Source: Desulfomonilia bacterium
Lineage (GTDB): Bacteria; Desulfobacterota; Desulfomonilia; UBA1062
Assembly: GCA_050014195.1 (NCBI GenBank)
Contig: JBEKDT010000020.1
Location: 24,006 to 88,005, forward strand
Length of the DNA stretch: 64,000 nucleotides
Direction of reading: 5' to 3'
In this document: piece by piece, positions 38,821-47,031 of the stretch
Layout: every line of letters begins with the position of its first letter
Numbering within the stretch: the stretch's first letter is position 1
Position numbers and translations under genes: made by a program
Notes under the pieces: model-generated
Told to the model about the DNA's origin: nothing
Seen by the model: the letters and a program-made list of their open reading frames with translations, nothing else
The model's database searches: none

Positions 38821-40509
38821 TCATTTCCCTCGTTTTGCCATTTCCTCAGCACGCAGATCCTTCCTTAATATCTTGCCAACCGTGCTCTTCGGGAGAGACT
38901 TCCTGAACTCGACTTCATCAGGCCATTTGTATTTTGCCAGTTTATCCTTGCAGAAGGTTATGATTTCATCAGGAGTGGCAGTATCTCCATCCTTCAGAAC
39001 AACAAAGACTTTTACTGACTCACCGCGACTTGGATGCGGCACACCAATGGAACAAGCTTCTGCCACTTTCGGGTGCTGGTAGAGCACCTCATCAATATCC
39101 CGCGGATACACATTTAATCCTCCGGATATGATCATATCTTTAAGTCTGTCCACGATATAGAAATATCCGTCATTATCCATCCTGGCGATGTCTCCGGTAT
39201 GGAGCCAGCCGTCCCGGAGGGTCTCGTCGGTTTCTTCAGGCTTTCCCTTATAACCGCGCATAACCTGCGGACCTTGTATGATAAGCTCTCCTGATTCACC
39301 GACAGAAACATCAGTCTTCCGGTCATTGATATCCACCAGGCGGCACTGCGTATCCGGCATTGGGATGCCGATGCTGCCAAGCTTCGTCTTACCTTTCGCA
39401 AATGGGTTGCAATGGGTCGCTGGAGAGGATTCGGTCATACCGAACCCTTCGCAGATAACAACCCCGGACTTTTCCTCGAATTGCCTTATTACATCTACTG
39501 GGAGCGGAGCGCTGCCCGAGAAGCAGCCCGTAACATAAGAAAGATCGAGGTCATTTATTTTCGGATGATTGAGTATCCCGATATACATAGTAGGAACCAG
39601 GGGCAGGAATGTGGGTTTGAATTTTACAAGAGCCTCAAAGAGCTGTTCAGACTGAGGCCTTGGTACAAGGATATCACTCCAGGCCATGTAAACCGCGTAA
39701 TTCATGGCGACCGTCAGCCCGAACACATGGAAAAATGGTAAAGCACCAAGCATGACCTCTTTCCCTTGTTTGAGTTTGGGAAACCACGCTGCAATCTGCT
39801 GGACGTTCTTGCTCAGATTTCCGTGCGTAAGCTCTACACCTTTAGAAACACCTGTTGTTCCTCCGGTATATTGGTATTGCGCAATGTCATCCAGCGCAAG
39901 CTTAACCTCAATATTTTCCGGTTTATATTGCGCGATCATATCCTTCCACCGATATACATTTTCTGCTGGTTTCACATCTGCGGTTAGCTTCTTCTTCTTT
40001 GCCACCAGGGGGAAGAGCAGGTTCTTAGGAAAGGGGAGGTAATCGCCGATAGATACAACCACTATCTGCTTGATAGAGGTCTTCGGCCTGAGATCGATCA
40101 TCCTGTTGGTCACCAAATCGATGGTTATGAGGACCTTTGCGCCGGAATCATTGAATTGATGGAGAAGTTCTTTATCCGAATAAAGCGGATTGTTCATGAC
40201 AACAATCCCACCCAACTTCAGGATGGCATAATACGCTATGACGCATTGGATGGTGTTAGGCAAAAGGATCGCGATGCTATCGCCCTTCTTAATGCCAAAG
40301 TCAGCAAGGCATGTTGAAAAGCTGTTCACCATGTCTTTCATCTTTTGATACGTTATTTTGTAACCCATGAAAGACAGCGCTACGTTCGTTGGATAATTTC
40401 TGGCAGCTCTTTCAAGAAATTCGGGGATACATAAATTTTCATATTGAATTTTTTCAGGAACACCTATCGGGTAAGATAACAGCCATGGCTTTTTTTCACT
40501 GTATCTCAT
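38821..40509 (-). CDS. fadD: Long-chain fatty acid-CoA ligase
   Basis: QYTGGTTGVSKG, GFGMTE, LHTGD, DRLKDMI and LPKSTVGKI. Confidence 0.9.
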   Translation of the reverse strand: MRYSEKKPWLLSYPIGVPEKIQYENLCIPEFLERAARNYPTNVALSFMGYKITYQKMKDMVNSFSTCLADFGIKKGDSIAILLPNTIQCVIAYYAILKLGGIVVMNNPLYSDKELLHQFNDSGAKVLITIDLVTNRMIDLRPKTSIKQIVVVSIGDYLPFPKNLLFPLVAKKKKLTADVKPAENVYRWKDMIAQYKPENIEVKLALDDIAQYQYTGGTTGVSKGVELTHGNLSKNVQQIAAWFPKLKQGKEVMLGALPFFHVFGLTVAMNYAVYMAWSDILVPRPQSEQLFEALVKFKPTFLPLVPTMYIGILNHPKINDLDLSYVTGCFSGSAPLPVDVIRQFEEKSGVVICEGFGMTESSPATHCNPFAKGKTKLGSIGIPMPDTQCRLVDINDRKTDVSVGESGELIIQGPQVMRGYKGKPEETDETLRDGWLHTGDIARMDNDGYFYIVDRLKDMIISGGLNVYPRDIDEVLYQHPKVAEACSIGVPHPSRGESVKVFVVLKDGDTATPDEIITFCKDKLAKYKWPDEVEFRKSLPKSTVGKILRKDLRAEEMAKRGK

Positions 40510-40531
40510 TACAAGCTCCTTTCAACTGGAA

Positions 40532-41374
40532 TCATTCATTAAAAAAATTCAAGACAATTTGATTAAACTCCTCCGGCTTCTCGAAGTTGGGCAAATGACC
40601 AGACTGATCAATGATGTGAAGTGCGGAGTTTGGTATATTCTCTTTGGCATAATAAGCATGACTTAGGGGAAAGCTTGCATCATACTTTCCCCATATGATT
40701 AAAGTCGGCGCTGATATCTGATATAAGCTGGACTTAATCTGATGAATCATGTCTTTATACGGTCCGAATATATTGCAGAAAGAACGTAATATACAAAGGA
40801 GTGATTTCTGTGCACCCGGGAGTGCAGATAATTCATAATAAAAGTCGATGATCTCCTCATCCAATATCTTTGGGTCAAAGACGAGGGGCTTTAAAAACTG
40901 ATATGTCATCTTTCTGCTCGACCGGGTCAACAATTCGCCTATGATTGGCAAAGATACAACACACATTGAAAAAGGCAGATCTGTCCCCAGCCCGCCACTG
41001 TCGACCAAAATGAGCTTATCGATTTTATTGGGGTATTGAACCGCAAACTTAAGAGATATGGCACCACCGAGAGATATCCCCATGAGGCTTGCTTTTTCGA
41101 TGTTCAGTGCATCCATGAAATCAGAGACAAATCGTGGTATAAATGTGAAGAAATCAGGATGTTGAATCTTATCTGAACGGCCGAATCCGGGTATATCAAA
41201 TGCAACCACCTTATAATCTTTTGAAAGAACGCCGATATTGCGCTGCCAGATCTCTACGGATGTTCCGAACCCGTGTATAAGGACGATGGTCTTTCCTTTT
41301 TCACCCGCCGACCAATAGCGAGTATTAATATCTCCAACCTTGATATATTGATCCTTATAGAGCATCATGGTCAT
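40532..41374 (-). CDS. Alpha/beta-fold hydrolase
   Basis: LIHGFG, GFGRS, GISLGG nucleophile elbow, WGKYD and GHLP. Confidence 0.9.
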   Translation of the reverse strand: MTMMLYKDQYIKVGDINTRYWSAGEKGKTIVLIHGFGTSVEIWQRNIGVLSKDYKVVAFDIPGFGRSDKIQHPDFFTFIPRFVSDFMDALNIEKASLMGISLGGAISLKFAVQYPNKIDKLILVDSGGLGTDLPFSMCVVSLPIIGELLTRSSRKMTYQFLKPLVFDPKILDEEIIDFYYELSALPGAQKSLLCILRSFCNIFGPYKDMIHQIKSSLYQISAPTLIIWGKYDASFPLSHAYYAKENIPNSALHIIDQSGHLPNFEKPEEFNQIVLNFFNE

Positions 41375-41547
41375 ATTCCTCTCGCAATAGCAATTTGTTG
41401 TACTCTTTAAAAAACCTTTCCTATTGATTCATGGTAGAACCATGATCGGCTAACGGATTCCGCAAACAGAAAACACAAAATCATAAACCTCCAAGTCGCC
41501 TGTTATAGCAATACTTCGGAACAAGGCCAACAATTATAAGATCATTA

Positions 41548-41587
41548 AGTATACTGTTAGTATACTATTAATATATTTGCCTGTCAA
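41548..41587 (-). promoter_or_regulatory. sigma70 promoter with overlapping GTATAC-N5-GTATAC operator
   Basis: TTGACA (41587-41582)-17bp-TATACT (41564-41559); AGTATACT-GTT-AGTATACT at 41548-41566. Confidence 0.8.
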
Positions 41588-41726
41588 GGCTTGTATTGCT
41601 CATTACATTTACTGTCAACCCTTGCTAAACATGACATATTTTTAATTAAGTATACTATTAGTTTTTTTATTACAAAGAGCAGCTATTGGATTGACATGGT
41701 TATTATTTCTGCGTTAGCAAAATAAC

Positions 41727-42383
41727 ATGACTACGAAATATAAGGTAGTTCTGGCGGAAGATCATGTAGTTCTCAGACAGGGGCTTCGCTCCCTCCTTGA
41801 AAAAAGCGATGAATTCGGTGTGGTGGCCGAGGCTTCCGACGGTCTCGAGGCTATCCGCTGTGTGCAACAGACTATGCCCGACATCCTTATCATAGACCTC
41901 ACCATGCCTCGTCTCACGGGAATGGATGCCATCAGGGACATTAAAAAGATACATCCCGGCATCAAAATTATTGTACTTACCGTTCATACCGCAGAGGAGT
42001 ATGTCTTCGAGAGTCTCAAGTCCGGAGCTGACGGATATGTGCTGAAAGCGGCCGACTTCAGTGAGTTGGTCATGGCAATCCATTGTGTACTCCAGGGAAA
42101 GACCTACATAAGCCCTGATATCTCTGATACGGTGGTCATGGGGTATCTCAAAGGCGGTACGGAAAAAATCCCCACAACAGGCAAAGAAGGCCTCACTCCG
42201 CGTGAACGTGAGGTCCTTAAACTGGTTGCCGAAGGATATAAAAACCGAGAAATAGGGGAAATGCTGTGTGTAAGCATCAAGACAGTGGAGAAACACCGTG
42301 AGAACATAAAACGCAAGCTCGATCTATCCAGTACTTCGGCAATGATTGCTTATGCTATAGAGCACGGCCTAGTCAGCCATTGA
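41727..42383 (+). CDS. NarL/LuxR-family response regulator
   Basis: AEDH, DLTMP, GADGYVLK, LTPREREVL and KTVEKHR. Confidence 0.93.
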   Translation: MTTKYKVVLAEDHVVLRQGLRSLLEKSDEFGVVAEASDGLEAIRCVQQTMPDILIIDLTMPRLTGMDAIRDIKKIHPGIKIIVLTVHTAEEYVFESLKSGADGYVLKAADFSELVMAIHCVLQGKTYISPDISDTVVMGYLKGGTEKIPTTGKEGLTPREREVLKLVAEGYKNREIGEMLCVSIKTVEKHRENIKRKLDLSSTSAMIAYAIEHGLVSH

Positions 42384-44259
42384 GAGGCCATACAAACTTT
42401 ACAATAGTGCCCCTTCCTTCATCTGATTCTATTGAAAACCTGCCCTGAGAAAATGCAACCCTTTCGCGCATGCTGGCTATTCCAAGGCCACATCTGTTTT
42501 TCTGCATCTTGGGAACATCGAAACCCATCCCGTTATCTTTGATGATGAATTCCAAGGCATCCACAGTTTTGTGCATAAAGATTTGAACATGATCGGCATT
42601 GCTGTGCTTGACGATGTTATTCATTGCCTCTTGGAGAACCCGGAAAATCACGATCTTAATATTTTGAGGTATTTCGGAATCTTCAAGGGATACATTCTTT
42701 TCTATCATGATATTTTTGTACACCTTGCCGAACTCACGCAGAAACCAGTTGATGGTTGCAATGAGCCCCAAATCATCCAGAATGGAAGGCCTGAGGTCCA
42801 TCGACACCTTGGAAACATCCATGATCGCTTCCTTGAGCAGGGCGATATTTGCACGCAGCTGCTCTTCCATGCTTTGCCGGTCCATTTTTTCAACATTACT
42901 CAAGAGAAGATTTTCCGTACTCACTTTAATGGTGGACAGATATTGGCCGATGCCGTCATGCAGTTCCTGCGAAATTCTCTGGCGTTCATGCTCCAGAACA
43001 TTCAGATGTTTCTCATAGAGATTACTCAGCTCCTGCTGGTAACGGAGAAGCTCATCTTCCGCCCTCTTCTGATCCGTAATGTCATGGATGTGCGTAAGAA
43101 CAAGGTTGTTCGGAACATAGGCATGGGTAATGGACAAGTGCCTTTCATCTCCGGAAAACACCACCATTGTCTGCCGTTGAACGATCTTATGTTCATTGAA
43201 ACAAATTTGAATATCTTCGCAGATCTCGGGATTAGCACTGAATAGCTGCTTGGCGCCGGCGCCTAAAAGATCGGAGATCTTTCCGCTCGTGAATTTATTC
43301 ATGGCAAGGTTATATTCATCAAGAATAAATTCACCGTTGGTGTATCTCCATGTCATAACAGGGACCGGGCTGCCGAGGAACAACGCCCTGAAACGTTCTT
43401 CGCTCTCCTTCAGCGCAGCAAGGGCTTTCCGTTGCTCAGTGACGTCTTCGATATACTGCACGAGAATATTGGGAGTGACAAAGAATGAGACCGTGTCGAC
43501 AAATCGTTCGTTGCCGGGAATGAGAAAATCACAGAACGTCTCAATCCTGAGCATGCCCTTCTTCCGGTATGTTTCATAGATCAGGTCTACGACATCATTC
43601 CTGCCTCTTGTTGCATAGAGATCATGTACCGTACATCCGGTATAATCTTTTATCTTGCCTTCCGTATACCCTTCCAAAGTCGGGTTGAAGCCTATCAGGC
43701 GTAACTCGCCGTTGATCTCCTGCCATGTCTGTACGCAAAATGGCGTATTAACCGTGAGGGCTTTGGAAAGCTCCTTGGACATGAATGATTTTTGCTCAGA
43801 CACTCCAAGGGTTTCGAACTGCCGATAGCATGTCAGGCAGAATTCCTTTCCGCCTGATACTATTAACTTACTGCTCTGCTCGCATTGGAATATGGTCCCA
43901 TCTTTCCGACGTCTGCTGACCCAGATGAATTCACCATTCGTAATGTTTTCTTGGATAAAGGGATCAGGCACGATCCTGAGGAATATTTTTGGGAGCAACT
44001 CGGTTTGCCGTAACTTCTGCATCTCTTCCCGGCTATAACCGAACATACGGCAAGCCAGATTATTACAATCGTAAATCATGCCATCATCTTGGTAAAGCAC
44101 GACAGCTACCGGTAATTCACGCAGCAGATCGGACAGCATCCTTGAGGTGAATTTTTCTAATCTTGATTCTTTCGCAAGGGTAGACTTAACATCGCCCTTA
44201 GGCGGGTTCTCTTTGTTTTTATGCAGCTTGGATTTTGAAGCCTGTTTATGTGAAATCAT
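42373..44259 (-). CDS. Cytoplasmic multi-PAS histidine kinase (HisKA_3)
   Basis: ERQRISQELHDGIGQ, QEAMNNIVKHS, DNGMGF and GLGIASMRER; no TM segments. Confidence 0.92.
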   Translation of the reverse strand: MISHKQASKSKLHKNKENPPKGDVKSTLAKESRLEKFTSRMLSDLLRELPVAVVLYQDDGMIYDCNNLACRMFGYSREEMQKLRQTELLPKIFLRIVPDPFIQENITNGEFIWVSRRRKDGTIFQCEQSSKLIVSGGKEFCLTCYRQFETLGVSEQKSFMSKELSKALTVNTPFCVQTWQEINGELRLIGFNPTLEGYTEGKIKDYTGCTVHDLYATRGRNDVVDLIYETYRKKGMLRIETFCDFLIPGNERFVDTVSFFVTPNILVQYIEDVTEQRKALAALKESEERFRALFLGSPVPVMTWRYTNGEFILDEYNLAMNKFTSGKISDLLGAGAKQLFSANPEICEDIQICFNEHKIVQRQTMVVFSGDERHLSITHAYVPNNLVLTHIHDITDQKRAEDELLRYQQELSNLYEKHLNVLEHERQRISQELHDGIGQYLSTIKVSTENLLLSNVEKMDRQSMEEQLRANIALLKEAIMDVSKVSMDLRPSILDDLGLIATINWFLREFGKVYKNIMIEKNVSLEDSEIPQNIKIVIFRVLQEAMNNIVKHSNADHVQIFMHKTVDALEFIIKDNGMGFDVPKMQKNRCGLGIASMRERVAFSQGRFSIESDEGRGTIVKFVWPLNG

Positions 44260-44340
44260 GCACCACCCGCTTTTTTATGTTAATCCAAGGGAGAACATCT
44301 CTCAAGGTAATTTACAATTCTTACCGCAGACACATAAAGC

Positions 44341-44586
44341 CTACCCCTTGGCCTTTTCGTTCCTTTTTAACTTAGTTTTAATAAAGAGCACCGGCAGTGA
44401 TAAAATAAAGCGAATGACCTTCCAATTAAGCATGAGCTCGACCATCTCGAATATGTCTTCTACCGTGAAATAAATCGTGGAATCCCAGGCTCCGAGTTTT
44501 CCCACGGTGATAAGCCTTCCCTTTTCAGCGGTAACTTTGCTGATGGTAATTTCCATGTCTCCGGCCGGTGATTTCATCAATGGCAT
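44341..44586 (-). CDS. Small hypothetical protein (81 aa)
   Basis: MPLMKSPAGDMEITI...GKLGAWDSTIYF; GGAG RBS before ATG 44586. Confidence 0.65.
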   Translation of the reverse strand: MPLMKSPAGDMEITISKVTAEKGRLITVGKLGAWDSTIYFTVEDIFEMVELMLNWKVIRFILSLPVLFIKTKLKRNEKAKG

Positions 44587-44608
44587 AATGTTTTCTCCGT
44601 TTTTTAGG

Positions 44609-44645
44609 GGAGGCAGAGACGCGGAGGCAAAGCGTCTCCGCCTCC
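44609..44645. other. Intergenic stem-loop
   Basis: GGAGGCAGAGACGC/GCGTCTCCGCCTCC. Confidence 0.5.
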
Positions 44646-44657
44646 TCGTGCAAGGTA

Positions 44658-45908
44658 TTATTCCTTTCCGTGCCAAACCTTCATATGGTCCTTGATCGTG
44701 TCGGTCACCATCTCTTCAGGATAGTACTTCTCATAGAAATCCAGATCGGGATGATGAGCGGCATAGGCGACCGGCAGGAATATCGGATCGACAAAAGCCG
44801 GGCACCTGCCATAGGTATCATACACGTAACTCATGAACACCTTGGCCATTTCCTTGCTCTGTGCGTCCGGAATTTCGATTTTTTTGGGCATCTCCTTGTC
44901 CTTCCATGGAGACATGCCTACATAGTCCTTGCCAAAATGGCCTTTGGAGCCGAATTTCATGTCGTAAAACTTGTCCACGGCCTCACTCATATCCTTCACA
45001 TACGGCGGGCAAAGCGATTCGATGAACCCATCCTTACCGACCGGAGTGGGCATCTTGTCCTTGCCGGTTATGAACCTGAATCCCAGACCGTTGGTGAGTG
45101 GTGTGCCCCCAAGGAGAATCAGGGTCACATAACCGCCGTAATGCCATCCACCAAGCCCCATGGCTGTGGCGGCCAGGGATATGTTCATCACCATGTAGTG
45201 TGCGGTGGACATGCATGCATTGAACGCTGCCATCTCTAGCCAGCTCAAGGGGACCGTAGGACCGTTCAGATACCCGTTGTCGACCCACTTCTTCAGACCA
45301 CACATCTCACCATTCCGGTCATCGACGATCTGCCATCGCTCAAATGCACATGATCCCAAAACAACGTTCATATACTCATAGGAGACATCTACTATGGGCA
45401 TGAAAGCGGTAGTCCCGGGCTTGTTCGTGTTGAAGTAATTGCTTTTCATGAGTGCAATCTCGGGTATCTGAGGTCTGCCGTCTATCATCTTGACCTTGGC
45501 ATCCTTGAATGAGGTTATGATTTTTTCCCGGTCTTCAGGGGTCTGGAACTCAACATTCCGGGTCGGTTCCTTTGGCCTGTACAGGTATGCGCCCGTATCA
45601 TCGATATACATCAGTTCCTGATGCTGATCGTTACAGGGGTTCGGGTGCGTCCTTCCAATGAAGGAATTCATGAAGTGTGTGGTGTGATCGAGATCGGCCG
45701 TGATGGTTCCGGTTACACCATGGCCGGTCCAGCAGAGGATGGCGGTTTCAAGTTCACTTAATGGTATCGGTTCCTTGTCGGATATATAACCGAAAGGAGC
45801 CTTTGTGATCTTGCACCCTCGTGGAAGTCGGAATCCTCTCCTTCGTGCAAGAGCTTCAAACAGGGAGTAGTTCCATAAGCTATCAAGCTTTTGTTTTTCG
45901 CTGCTCAT
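44658..45908 (-). CDS. Divergent nitroreductase-like (FMN-binding) protein of unknown function
   Basis: LFEALARRRGFR, PLSELETAIL, GRTHPNP and NISLAATAMGLGGW match the nitroreductase/SagB pattern; GGAGG RBS before ATG 45908. Confidence 0.6.
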   Translation of the reverse strand: MSSEKQKLDSLWNYSLFEALARRRGFRLPRGCKITKAPFGYISDKEPIPLSELETAILCWTGHGVTGTITADLDHTTHFMNSFIGRTHPNPCNDQHQELMYIDDTGAYLYRPKEPTRNVEFQTPEDREKIITSFKDAKVKMIDGRPQIPEIALMKSNYFNTNKPGTTAFMPIVDVSYEYMNVVLGSCAFERWQIVDDRNGEMCGLKKWVDNGYLNGPTVPLSWLEMAAFNACMSTAHYMVMNISLAATAMGLGGWHYGGYVTLILLGGTPLTNGLGFRFITGKDKMPTPVGKDGFIESLCPPYVKDMSEAVDKFYDMKFGSKGHFGKDYVGMSPWKDKEMPKKIEIPDAQSKEMAKVFMSYVYDTYGRCPAFVDPIFLPVAYAAHHPDLDFYEKYYPEEMVTDTIKDHMKVWHGKE

Positions 45909-46091
45909 ATTGAAATCCTCCATCCGATATATTTTGGTCTATGATATGAAAAAAAGATCTCATTGTATATTCGTGGAACTACGGATTTTTTCAATGGGAC
46001 TGTCAGTAGAAACCCTACCCCGGCAAGGGTTGCCTGTCAGTAGCCATTCCGGAGCATTCTGCCGGGAGGGTTTTTTGATATTTTCTGTAAG

Positions 46092-46751
46092 CTATCTCTT
46101 TTCCTTCTCCGCTTTTTTGAACAGACCGCAGTTCAGCAGGTAGACAAAAACCTCATAGAGCTCATCCGGGTCGATGTTGGCAATGCTGAACTTGTTTTCC
46201 TTATTGGTATGGATAAAGATACCCTTGTTCATGGCTGACAACAGATGGATAATCACGCCAGGATCGTACTCCGATATCAGGTAACCGTTTTCCTTTGCCT
46301 TGTTAAGTACATTGAGACTCTCATCGATTATGGCCTTGGTCCAGACTTTGACCCGTTCCATCAATTCTTCCGGAATCAGTCCGTCAAACTCTTCGGAATC
46401 CAGGGTCCAGTAAAGGCGCATGAACTTCTCGTTCTTCTTGGTGAACTCGTAGAGGATGTTGAACAGGGACACGATCAATTCGTTTCTGGGAAGGTCCTGC
46501 TTCCCCCCTTTGACCAACTGCTGATAAAGGGACTGGAGGTACTCGTCAAACACATGTATGTACAAGGCCAGCTTCGAGGGAAAATAAACATAGAGGGTTC
46601 TCTTTGTTATTTTCGCACGTGCAGCAATCGCATCCATTGTAATGGTACTATATCTTTTTTCTATGAATAATTCTTTTGCCGCTTGCAGTATGGTGAGGCG
46701 TTTAACTTCCTGGTTGAACTTTTTCTTGCTTATCATAACCATAGTTTTCAC
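46092..46751 (-). CDS. TetR-family regulator
   Basis: ILQAAKELF...TMDAIAARAKITKRTLYVYFPSK. Confidence 0.92.
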   Translation of the reverse strand: MKTMVMISKKKFNQEVKRLTILQAAKELFIEKRYSTITMDAIAARAKITKRTLYVYFPSKLALYIHVFDEYLQSLYQQLVKGGKQDLPRNELIVSLFNILYEFTKKNEKFMRLYWTLDSEEFDGLIPEELMERVKVWTKAIIDESLNVLNKAKENGYLISEYDPGVIIHLLSAMNKGIFIHTNKENKFSIANIDPDELYEVFVYLLNCGLFKKAEKEKR

Positions 46752-46866
46752 CTGGGTTCGTATTTTTAAGATCCTCTGAATCGGTAATTATAGAGAGATA
46801 TCGATGACTGTACGTGATCTCTCATTCATTCCGATTCCTTTTGTATTTATATAAACTTATTAAATC

Positions 46867-46883
46867 GTATACTGAGAGTATAT
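46867..46883. promoter_or_regulatory. Operator-like palindrome upstream of tetR
   Basis: GTATAC-TGAGA-GTATAT. Confidence 0.65.
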
Positions 46884-46973
46884 ACTATTTTTATTTCTAT
46901 AAGGCGATCGTTTTTTTCATAACTCAAGCATCAAGTTACATCGGGGTATGATATCAAAACTGTTCATTTGAGG

Positions 46974-47014
46974 CGCAAGGCAGCAGTGGGATATCTTCCT
47001 TCTGCTGCCTTGCG
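46974..47014. terminator. Stem-loop downstream of the ALDH-ADH gene
   Basis: 13-bp perfect stem CGCAAGGCAGCAG/CTGCTGCCTTGCG. Confidence 0.55.
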
Positions 47015-47031
47015 TGAGGGTATTGCTGGTC

